A DNA stretch of 64,000 nt from a bacterium (GTDB taxonomy: Bacteria > Hinthialibacterota > Hinthialibacteria > Hinthialibacterales > Hinthialibacteraceae): positions 18,723-82,722 of the forward strand of contig JBHGBC010000007.1 in the NCBI GenBank assembly GCA_041946805.1. Direction: 5' to 3'. Below, piece after piece: positions 28,296 to 39,400 of this stretch. The stretch's first letter is position 1; each line of letters starts with the position of its first letter. The position numbers and the translations under genes are program-made. Below the pieces are notes generated by a model. The model saw only the letters and a program-made list of their open reading frames with translations, was not told where the DNA came from and did no database searches.

Positions 28296-28458
28296 GGTTG
28301 CGATGGCGCGGGACTCCCGGGGCGTAATTGTCTGAATCCAGTGATCCTGATGAAGATAAAATTACCAATAGGGTAATATTTCGGCGGGGTTGGGGCCAGG
28401 ATTTGAGTTCAATTATTGCGTGGGAGATTCAATATTTGAGCACGGGGCGGCGGCGGGA

Positions 28459-30033
28459 TCATTCGTCCTGCACCCATTTGCGGACGGTGTTGGGGGAGAT
28501 CCCCAACGCCTCGGCCGCCTGAGAGATGTTGCCGCCGAAAAGCCGGTGGACGTGCCGGATGTAGGTTTTGCGGATTTCCGCCTCGGTCACGACCTCGGCG
28601 GGATGGGATGGACAGAACATACGCCGGCCGGAGGCGTTGTCCTCATCCGCGCGGGCGGTGCCGGCGTGGAACAGGGCGATTTCCTCGGCCAGAATATCCC
28701 GCACCGGCTGTTTCATGTAAGCCGCCCGCCGGAGGATGTTGATGAATTGGCGGATGTTGCCCGGCCAATCGTATTTGTAAATGGCCTCCCAGTCGGCCTT
28801 GGTGATTTCCAGGGCATACCCTTTGTGCTTGAGTTCATAGATCTCGCTGCGGGCGATGGAGGGGAGATCCTCCAGCCGTTCCTTGAGCGGGGGAACGTGC
28901 AAAAACAGGACATTGAGGCGGTGGAACAGGTCCCGGCGGAACGTGCCCGCGCGGACCATGGCCGGCAGGTCCTGATTGGTGGCGGCGATCACGCGCACAT
29001 CCACGTCATGGGATTTCATGGTGCCCAGGGGCGTGACCCGGCGTTCCTCGAGCACGCGCAGCAGCTGGGTTTGCACGGGCAGCGGAAGCTCGCCGGCTTC
29101 GTCAAGGAACAGGGTACCATCGTCAGCCGCGGCGAACGCCCCGGGCTGGGCGTCCTTCGCTCCCGTGTAAGCCCCCGCGGCATGGCCGAACAGCCGGTCG
29201 TGGGCCAGATCGGTGTTGAGGCTGAGGATGGCGCAATTGACCGGAATGAAGGGACCTGGGCGGCCGCTGGCCTCGTGCAGCAGCCGGGCGGCGATTTCCT
29301 TGCCGGATCCCGTGGGACCGATCACCAGCACGGGCTCGGGGACCGGTCCCAGGCGGGCGATCTGAGTGCGCATGCGCTGCATGGCCTTGCTGTTGCCCAA
29401 GGGAATGGCGTAGCGCCCCTCTTTCCGGTAGGATACGGCTACGCGGCGGTCGGCTTCGGTGAAGGGAACCAGCCCCGCGAGTTTTTGGATGACATGGATG
29501 TAACTGGACTTGTCCTCGTATTTGAAATACCGGCTGGCGCCGGCCGCGATCAAATCGTGCCAAAGGGCATCGGTTTCCGACCGCTTCAGGTCGCGGTTCA
29601 CAAATTGCCGGGCCAGGGTCAACAAAGTTCCCGTGATCTCGGTGTCCCGGATTTTGAGATGCTGATACACCGCCTCGGTGTTGCTCGAACAGGGTATAAA
29701 CACCGGCACGCACACTGGGATCAACAAGGTCCGGTATTCATCCAGGTATCCCCGCCCGCAGTACCACAAGACCTTGATCCGCTTTTTTACAAACGCTCCG
29801 AGGACGGTGGTCACCCCCGCGATGTTATCATACACACCCACGCCGCAGATATGGATGATGCCCGGCGGGGGATCCAGTCCGGCGATTTCCTCCAGGGTCA
29901 GGGCGATCCGTTGCGCGCTGGTGGTGACGATCTGGGCCTTGGGGAAGCGCTGCAACACCATGGCGGCGGCGCATGCCCCATCCGTGCCGTTGGTGGTGAG
30001 AATCAAATGCGGCTGATTTTGGGAATACGGCAT
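28459..30033 (-). CDS. Sigma-54-dependent transcriptional activator (bEBP) with N-terminal DHH-like domain
   Basis: 'GPTGSGKE', 'VNCA', 'GAYTGA', 'LFLDEAGEL', 'FRRDLFHRL', 'WPGNIRQ' and a Fis-type HTH; N-terminal ~220 aa is not a REC, PAS or GAF domain. Confidence 0.9.
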   Translation of the reverse strand: MPYSQNQPHLILTTNGTDGACAAAMVLQRFPKAQIVTTSAQRIALTLEEIAGLDPPPGIIHICGVGVYDNIAGVTTVLGAFVKKRIKVLWYCGRGYLDEYRTLLIPVCVPVFIPCSSNTEAVYQHLKIRDTEITGTLLTLARQFVNRDLKRSETDALWHDLIAAGASRYFKYEDKSSYIHVIQKLAGLVPFTEADRRVAVSYRKEGRYAIPLGNSKAMQRMRTQIARLGPVPEPVLVIGPTGSGKEIAARLLHEASGRPGPFIPVNCAILSLNTDLAHDRLFGHAAGAYTGAKDAQPGAFAAADDGTLFLDEAGELPLPVQTQLLRVLEERRVTPLGTMKSHDVDVRVIAATNQDLPAMVRAGTFRRDLFHRLNVLFLHVPPLKERLEDLPSIARSEIYELKHKGYALEITKADWEAIYKYDWPGNIRQFINILRRAAYMKQPVRDILAEEIALFHAGTARADEDNASGRRMFCPSHPAEVVTEAEIRKTYIRHVHRLFGGNISQAAEALGISPNTVRKWVQDE

Positions 30034-30446
30034 GATTTGTAAGAACAAGCATCTCTATTCGGGTGATCAAGCTTCTATACTATATTATTCCAGGACGGGT
30101 CATGGTAGATCTCATGGAACACGCATCCGGATTTTCGATGAGTGTTGACGATCCATGGTTATATATTTCTGGGGGAGAAATAGGGATGTTGTCCGAGAGG
30201 TCTCCCCATCGATTGGTTACGCGAAGGGTGTCATCCAGGCGAAACGGGGTTCTGGCGATTGTCCAGGATTGAAACTCCGGATGCCAGAGGATCCTCCAAT
30301 ATTATGGAAGGGAGGCGCGTTGCCGCGTGCCCCCATTATTTGAATTGGACATCCCTCCCTCCTCTCCCAGAGAAATTGGTTCCTCGATTTGATTCAGTTG
30401 CGGGATGCAACGCATCAAAACCGAACAATTCCCGGATGGCCCATTT

Positions 30447-33400
30447 TTAATGCGTCCCTTTCCACCTATCCGAGAAGAGCAGCAAGTCTTTCCGGTCGAT
30501 CCGGCCGTCCTGGTTGAGATCGGCGGCGGATGATCCATGCCAGTTGTGGATGAGGATCAGCAGGTCCACGCGGTTGACGAACCCGTCCTGGTTCAGATCA
30601 CCGAATAGTGAATGAGCCTTCGTCGTAAACCAGGCGAACTCGGACCACTCGCTCCATTGTTCGTTGGCGTCCTGGTACCGGACGCGCCATTCGTAGTTTT
30701 GGCCGCTTTGGAGTGGACCTAACGGGATCTTGGTTTGGGAGGTGGGAGCGAGGGATCCGCTTTCCCAAACCAATGTGCCGAAGGTGTACTCGCGGATTTC
30801 GAATTGCGCCGCCTTCCGCGGAGTGCCCAGGGGATGCGCGTATTCCGAGGCTTGCAGGACCGGGGTCAAGGCGGGCGAATACGCGCCGGCCACGGGAGAA
30901 AGAGCCTCGGGCGGGTTGGGCGGCTGCGTGGCGAGAGTATGGATGGTTTCGTTGGTGACGATCGCCGCGTTTGCGTCGAACACGATGGATGCCTGGTTGC
31001 GGATGGCGGTCCCCGGCTGCAATCCGGCCGCGGGATCGATCCGGAACGTGACATGGCCCTCGCCGCGGCCCGTGGCGGAGTCGTTGGGCGGCAGGAAGCC
31101 CGCGGTCCCGTCCAGGGGGATCGCGCCGGTTTCGGGATCGATCAGGGTCAACGTCCACCGCGCCCGGCCGGTGTAGGGATTCAGGCGCGCCTCGATGTCC
31201 ACCGCGTATTCATCCCAGGCCACACGTTGATAGTGATCGGTATGCCCCGCCGGGATGGGAATGATCCGGCCGCCGATGGCCACCTCGGACAGCTCGAAGG
31301 AAGTCCAGTCCAATTGGTTGCTCAGATCGTCGGTGAGGATGACCTGTTGGACCGAGGCCGTGGCTTCCGGGGTGTTTTCGAAGAAGATGGTGTAGGTCAG
31401 GGGATCCTGGCCGGAGATGACCGCCTCCTTGCCGCCGGGACCGGTCTTCTCGTTGGGATCGCGAGTGACGACCACAGGGGAGTTGGTTTGCTGGACGGGG
31501 GTCGTGGGCGGCTGGGGGAAGGGAGATTTTTCGCCCGTGCAATCGAGATACTTTTGAAACGCCTTTTGCGCCCGCGCGACGTACAACTGATACGCGTGGT
31601 AGCGTCCGGAGGCGGCGTTGGTGTTATCGCGGATGCTGCGGACCGCATCGATGGTGGATTCGACCAGTTTGATCGATTCGTTGACGATCCCGATCAGGTT
31701 GAGGACCGGTTCGAAGGCGCGCTTGAATTCTTCACTCTTAATCATATTCATAAGTGGTTTCAACTTGGCCAGGAGACCCAGGAAGGTATGAAATTCCTCG
31801 GCGATGGAGCGCCAAGTCAGCTCGTTGTTCCGTGCGTCTTTCAAGAAGGTGAGCCGGCCCTTGTATTGTTCGATGTAGGAAAGCACCTTGAGCAGCCGCT
31901 GCCCCCAGACTTTGCCTTCCTTCAGTTTCTGGATGGCGGCGATGATCTTGGGGCCGTTGACCACGGCGGCGGCTCCGGCTTCGTAAGCGGCCAGTTCGAG
32001 CTCGGCGATCTTCCCGGCCAGCACCGCGGCCTGCAGGCCTACTTCGCCACCGCTGGCCAGCCAGGTGAAATTGGCGTTGCCCTTGGCCTTCCAGGCGTCC
32101 ATGTAGACATATTCCGATTGCGCGAGCAGTTTGCCCACGTTTTTCGCTTCATTACGGCATTGGGCATCGGGATTTTTGACGATGGCGTTCCAGTTTTGCA
32201 ATCCGCCCGCGTGGTTGATCATCTCCATCACGCGGGGATCGCGGGCCAGGCCGCTGCGTTCGGTCACGAACAGACGGTAATCCGCGGGAATGTTGGTGTT
32301 GGAAAGCCAATCGAGGAATCCATCGAGATATTCTTGAAAGCCCCGGGCATTCATCAACGATGCGCTTGGATCATCGGCGAGTTTTTTGGTGGTATCGACG
32401 AATTGCGGTGTGATGGGCCAGGGATCGAAGCCCGCGCCCGGCGCGAGCGGCAGTGCTATATCCTTGACGAATGAGCCGGATAGATCGGTGACTTCCACGC
32501 TGTCTTTGGCAACCTGGGAACCGAAAATAATATCCAATTGATAACTTCCGACAGCGAGAGGCGTGGACTGATACACCCCCTCCGCGCTCGCGGTGGAGCG
32601 GGCGGCTTCCAGGCCATCCAGTTTGAAGATCACCACCGCGCCCGCCAGTGGCAACAGGGATGCGCTGTCCCGGATCGTGCCGGTTACGGTTTGGTCTTCA
32701 CTGGGCAGGGTGATGCTCAATGGCGGTGTCGCGCCACTCTCCAGCACCGCAAATCCGGACTGCTTGTACCGGGGGAATCCCGCGGCTTGCACGTGGACCT
32801 CATAGGTTCCGGCGGCCATCCCTGCCATGGTGAAAGTTCCATCCCCGGCGCTGAAAGATTTGAGTCCGGGATCCCCGGCCGCTTCTTTGAATAGGACCAC
32901 TGCGTCCGAGACGGGATCTCCGGTCCGCGCGGAGACGATTTTGCCCGTGACCAGGCTCTCCGCGGGCAGGGCGAAATCCAGGGATAATGCGGAATCGCCC
33001 AGCGTGACTTGTTGCGTCATCCGGCCCAGGCCGGGTGCGATGACCGCCAGCAGGTAGTTCCCCGGAACCAGGTGGTTCAACTCATACTGGCCGTCCGCGC
33101 CGGATGAGGCCATCGATCCCTGCCGTACCTCCGCGCCGGGATCGAGAGGAACCGCCTCGATGATGGCGTTCTCCACTCCCAGGGCCGAGGTTCCCGCGGT
33201 GATGGTCCCGGCGATCTTTCCCGATGCCGCGATGAGAGTGATTCCATCCATGTTTCCGTTGACCTGGATGGTCTGTCGCGGGAATGTGTAATCGGCCAGC
33301 AAGGCGCTGAGAGTCAGACTGCGTTGGGGCAGGTTATGGAAGGCGAATCCGCCTTGCCCATCACTCATCACCATGCCCAGCACGACTCCATCCACGCTGA

Positions 33401-36400
33401 CCGCCGAGACGAGGCTGTCCGCCAGGGGCGTAATGCCGTCCGCGTCCAGCACCCGGCCGGTGAGGGATCCACCGGGCGGGAGGAGCACGTCGCCCAGCGT
33501 GTTGGCCGCGCCGCTCTGGATTTCGATCATCCGGATTTGCAGTTCATATCCGGTGGCGTTGATCCAGACGCTATGGATTCCCGGCGTAAGCCGGGACACG
33601 GTGAAATTCCCGAGCGCGTTGGTTTGGGCGGTGTCGGACGTTTGCGTGACCAGGTTGGTGAACAGCAGGATGGCATTCTCCAAGGGTGATCCCGCCGCGG
33701 CATCCAAGACCCGGCCTTGGCAGACCGCGCCGCGCTTCATCTGGATCGTCAGGCCGTTGAGTCCCGATTCGGGCACGGTGACCGCGAGCGGCGCGAGGAC
33801 CTGGTACCCGTCCGCCTGGCAGCGCAATTCATAATTACCCGGCGCGAGTTCGGCAATGGAATATGTCCCATCCTCGAATGACCAGGCAGGCAGAAGGCTT
33901 CCCTGGGGAGTTTTGAGATAGATCATCGGGTTGGCGATAGGCTGGCCGGTATCGGCGTCCTGGACCACGCCGTTCAAGTACACGGAAGGCTCGAGCAGGA
34001 AATCCACTTCCTTCAAGGCCCGGCCGTTCCAGACCTGCAGCCCGTCGTAGCGTTTGGCGGCGTACGAGGGATGCAGCGCTTCGAGGCTGTAAAGGCCCGC
34101 GGGCAGGGCGGGGAAGCGGTAGGCCCCTGTTTCATCCGCCACCATGGCGCGGATTCCGCCCAGGCCGTCCTGCAGCGTGAGCATGACGCCCTCGAAGGGC
34201 GTACGGCCGGGCATCTCGAATACGGTTCCCTCGATGATCCCGCCATAGGGAACCCGCCATTCCACGCCGGATACGATTTGCCCTTCGTTCACGTTGATTT
34301 GACCCGGATTGACGCCGGGGTAACCGTTGACCTCGATGGAGTAGATGCCGGAGGGCAGATTGATGAACTCGAATTGCCCTTCGGCGTTGGTATCGGCGGT
34401 GGTGGAGAAGGCGGGAATCCCGGAGCTGGAGATGTTTTGGATCAAGATACTCGCCCCGGTCTGGGGATGGCCGTATTCCTCATCCACCAGCCGGCCGTGG
34501 ATTTCCCCGCCCGGTTTTTGTTGGAGGGGGCCGAGGAGGCGGGCCAGCAGTTCATCCGCGCCGGCCAGGATGACGCCCTGACTCCACAAGCCGGTGGCCA
34601 TTGTGGCGAGGGCGTCTTGGTAATCACCCCAGGTGGGGCCCACCGCGTCCACGTAGGCGGTCCATTCCGGCGCGTCCCACGCCACCAGCGAATTCAAGTC
34701 CTGGATGGCCTCCAGGCTGAACGAAATGCGATTCGCGGCGCCTGACTGGAAATAAACGGCGATGGAACCTTCCGCGCCGGGGGCCAGAATCCCCGCCGGG
34801 CCTTCCCGGGGGACCGCGAGGAACCGGACGGGCTTCGTCTCCAGCGGCGCGTCCGGATCGAGGCCGAGGGGGACATCCGCTTCGGACCGGAGCAGCAACA
34901 CCGGCGCGGTCATGTCCGCGTCGCCGGTATTTTGATACCGGATCAGCAGCGTATACGTACGTCCCGGGCGGATGGCGTTGGGGGCCAGCAATTCCGCTTC
35001 CAGGCGCGGGCCGATACCGGGAGTCACCTGGAACGCGTTTTCGAAGGTAGATTGAGCGATGCCGCCCGGCCATTTCACCTCGAGATTGTACGAACCGATT
35101 GGCGCACCGCGCAGATTCATCCGCGCGTGCAGTTTCGTTGAATCGGGAACCAGGATTTCATAGGCGGAAATGGCCGTCCCGCCCGGTCCCGCCAGGCGTA
35201 CCTCCACGCCGGATTGGAAGAGGGAGCCTTCGAGGGACAATGTGACATCGCCGAGATTGCCACCCTGCGTGGGCGACAGCGAAACGACATATTGGTCCAC
35301 ATAGTCGAATTGGATTTGATACGTTTCCTGGCTGTCAGCCAAACCGATGGCGAAGACGAGGAAATAATAATCCCCCTCCCCGGTTTGGGTCATCAGCAAT
35401 TCATACGCGGGCCGCAGTTGAGGTGTAATAGACCGGCGGTCATACCGCGCGGGAGAAGGTTCGTACCCCAGGGCGGCAAAGATGTGGTACCGGCTGGAAG
35501 CGTTGGCGTGGATCAGACGGCACAACAAGTTGCGCCCGGCTTGCGCGTGGAATTTGTACAATTTCAGGCCATATTTCTCGACGGTTTCGGAATAGGGCGT
35601 ATGGAGCTCCACCTCGCGCGCCACGAGGACCTGATCCGGGACCTGCTCTTCGCTGGTGAACCACGGCTCGAACAGGACTCCCTGCGAGACGGAGTCCCCG
35701 TTCCCCGGGCCGCTTCCCGAGGGGCCGTTCGCGCTGCCCCACCAGTTGAAGGTGGCGTTCACGTTGATCGAGGGCGAGAGGTTGTTCACTCCCGCCTGGT
35801 TGCCCACGATGTGGGAAAACTGCACGGCCGCGTCCATGCCCGATTGCCCGTTGGTTTCCAGCGCCGTCCCGTTGTTCAGAAAGCGGCTGTAGGCGGTGGT
35901 CATGCGGGCGGATTGCAGCACACGCAAGGCAAATTGATTGTATTCGAAACGGCAGCTCTCCAGGCTCACATCCGCCAGGCCCCGCGCTTCCACACCCGCC
36001 CGGCCGATGCCCGCGTTGCGGATCACCGCATGGCGGATCGATCCCTTGCCTTCATCCTGGAGGAGAATGCCGGCATAGACCGACCAGCGCGTCGCGTCGG
36101 GAACCGTGGGTGGAGCGGCCAGCTGGACAGGCTGATTTATCTGGCCGTTGATGCCCAGGAATCCCGAGACCACGAATCCCGCATCCCCTCCTTCGAGGGC
36201 GATGAAAGTCCCCGGCCGGATTTGCAAGGAACCGGTGGGCGCGATGGTCCGCGAACGGTGAATTTCGTAATATCCGCCCAGGAGCGCGTGGAGCGCGCCG
36301 CTTTCTTTCAACTCCCCGCTGCCGATCTCCAATCCGGCCTGGTCTCCGGAGACGATGTTGCCCGGCTCGGATGACGCGGCGGTGAGGAAATTCACCGAAC

Positions 36401-39400
36401 CCGTCCGGTTGTTGCCCAGAAATTGATTGTTGCCGAAGCGGATACGCGATTCATCGCCGTAGGTGAACAACGCGTCCGTGTTTTCCTGGAACACGTTGCC
36501 CCGCAGCGTGAGTTGGGCCTGGTCCCGCACAGCCACGCCCTGCCCGTTTTTTGTGAACCGGCTGGCGGTGATTTCCACCGCGGCCTTCTGATCGCCCCGG
36601 AGGCCGCCCCGGGTGTTATCCTCGAACGACAGGTTGGTGAGCGTGGCGGCGGTGGCTTCGGCGATCATCCCGTAGTTCAGGCTCTCGCGCAGCGTCAGGT
36701 TTTCCAACGTCACATCGGCGCCTGCCATGAGGCGGAACTGAGATTCCAATCCCTCGGACGCGAAATTGGAGCCGCCGTATTCCACCTCCGCCTGGCTGAG
36801 GCGCCCGGACGATCCGGCCGTGAACACCAGCGCGCCCCAATGACCCCGGGCGGGAACTGTCTGGGCCGATGTGAAAAGAATGGGGAGCGTATCGGAACCG
36901 GCCGCATCCAATCTCCCTTTTATGAGAAGATCCGATGAGATTTGCAGAAACTGAATCGTGTTGCCCTTGGCAATGGTAATCCGGGCTTCCGGGGCGATTT
37001 CGACGTCCTCGGAGATCAGGTAGGGAATGCCCGGTTCGATCCACTCGCCGCTGCCGGTCCAGCTGCCGCCCGCGATCTTGATGGCGTTGAAGCGGTTGGC
37101 CACGGCGGCGGCATCCTGAATGACGGGAAACGCGTTGGGGAAAATCTGCGCCGCGAGGCCCTTGTTATTTTGGATGACCGGTTCGATGAACACGGGGGAG
37201 CCGTTCTTGATCCAAATGCCGTCGCTGTTGCTGTATTGAAACACGCAATTTTCCAAGGCGGGCGAGGCTCCGTCACAAAATACCATGGAAGCCTGCGTAA
37301 GGCTGGCGAAGTTGGAACCGCCGTATTCCATCACGCAATGCTGGAGCCGGGTGATGGCGTTGTTGGTGGTGGAGCTGAAATAGATCCCGCCCCAGGATCC
37401 CGGCGCGGGCGTCCGATGGAGCGAAGTGAAACGGATGGGATTGGACACGGTCCCCACGGCCCACAGCGCGCCGTCCACCCGGAGATCGGCCGCGATGTCC
37501 GTGAACTGGAGTTCCGTTCCCGGATCGATGGTCAGCATGGCTTCCGGGGCGATCACCACATCGTTGCGGATCAGGTAGGGGATTTCGGCATAATCCCACC
37601 GCCCGCTGCTATTCATGGTTCCGTTCAGGATCAGGATGCCGTCGAACTGGTTACTCTCCGCCGAGACCGCAGTGAATTGCGGGAAAGATTGGAGGTCCAT
37701 GAAAGCGGCGTAATTGGCGTTGGCTGCGAAACGCACGGATGCCACGTTCGCGCGGGAAGTGATCAGGCTCAATCCGTTGGTATGGGAGTTGGCGATCCAG
37801 CAATCGCTCAGCGTGGGGGATGATGCTTCGCAGCGGATCATGGAATCCACCGTGGCGGAGGCGAAATTGGTTCCACCGTAGCGGATCTGGCAATGTTTCA
37901 AGATCGAGCCATCCGATCCCGAGTTGCTGAAGAGGATTCCTCCCCACGCGTTATCGGGGATGTCTTTCAGGGAGGTGAACACGATGGGCCGGCCGGTTTC
38001 CCCCGCCGCGTACAAGGTTCCCTGGATGATGAAATCCGTGGCGATGTCTCGGGATTGCACCACCGTCCCCGGATCGATGGTCAACGTGGCGCCGGAGGCG
38101 AGGGTGATGTCCGAATCGAGAAGATAGGGGATTTCCGCGTAGTCCCAGCGGCCGCCGGCCAGGATGGTCCCTCCCCGGATCAGGAGCGCGTCGTATCCGT
38201 TGCCCTCGGCCGTGATGCCGGTGAACACGGGGAAACACCGCGCGTCCATGTAGAGGGCGGCCGCCCGGTTGTTCACGAAGTGAATGGAGGTCAATTGGGC
38301 CTGGGAATCGATCAGGCTGATCCCGGCGTTGGCGGAATCCTCAACCCGGCACGCGTTGAACGTGGGCGAGCTGCTTTCGCACCGGATCATGGAATCAATC
38401 GCCGCGGACGCGAAATTGCTTCCCCCGTGGCGGACCGCGCAATGTTCCAAAACCGAGGCGTTGGCCGTGGAACCCGTGAAGAGGATGCCTCCCCAGCGGT
38501 TTTCCGGTTTGTCTCCCATCGATGTAAACAATATAGGTTGGTCCGCGCCGCCCACGGCATGCAAGGTTCCCTTGACCAGCAGGTCGACGGCCAGGTCTCC
38601 CGTTTGGATGACCGTGGCGGGATCGATGGTCAACGTCACGCCGGATTCGAGGGTCACATCGCCCGCGAGGAGGTAGGGGAGTTCGGCATAGTCCCAACGC
38701 CCACTGGCAGTCAATGATCCGCTCCGGACCTGGATGGCGTCGAAACCGTTGCCCTCGGCGGTGACGGACGTGAACACGGGAAACGAGGCGGTGTCCATGG
38801 TGACCGCCGCGCGGGGATTCCCCTTGAACAGGACCGATGAGATCACGGCGGCTGAATTCACCAGGCACATCCCGTGATTCTTTGAAGCCTCCATCCGGCA
38901 ATTGCGGAACAGGGGGGAGGCGTTTTCGCAGCGGATCATGGCGTCCTGGGTGGCCGAGGCGAAATTGCTGCCCCCGTGGCGGAGCTCGCAATATTCCAGC
39001 AGGGACGCGTTGGTTTCATTGCCTGAAAATAGAATACCGCCCCAACTGTTCGCGGCCTCGTCGTTCAGGGAGGTGAAAACAATCGGATTGCCGCTGGCGC
39101 CCACCGCCGTCAGTTTGCCGGCCGCGATCAGGTCGTCTTCGATTCCGGCAAACTGGATGACGGCGCCCGCCTCGATGGTCAACGCCGCGCCGCTGTCGAT
39201 CTGGATATCATGGTCAACCAGGTACGGCAGGTTCGAAAACCGCCAGACATTCGTTTCCAGGATATGGCCCCCATCGATACGGAGGCCATCGAAGCGGTTG
39301 CCCGTGGCGCTGTTGTTGGACAAGGCGGGGGAGCAGGAGGGAGTCATCTGGACCGCGTCTTGCGCGTTGGCGGTAAAGACGCAATCGGAAAGGACCGCTT

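Noticed and set aside
28171..28368. 66-aa N-terminal extension of the HIRAN-ARPP-1 ORF
   Set aside because: It overlaps the candidate sigma-54 promoter; ATG 28170 has a good RBS just before the HIRAN domain
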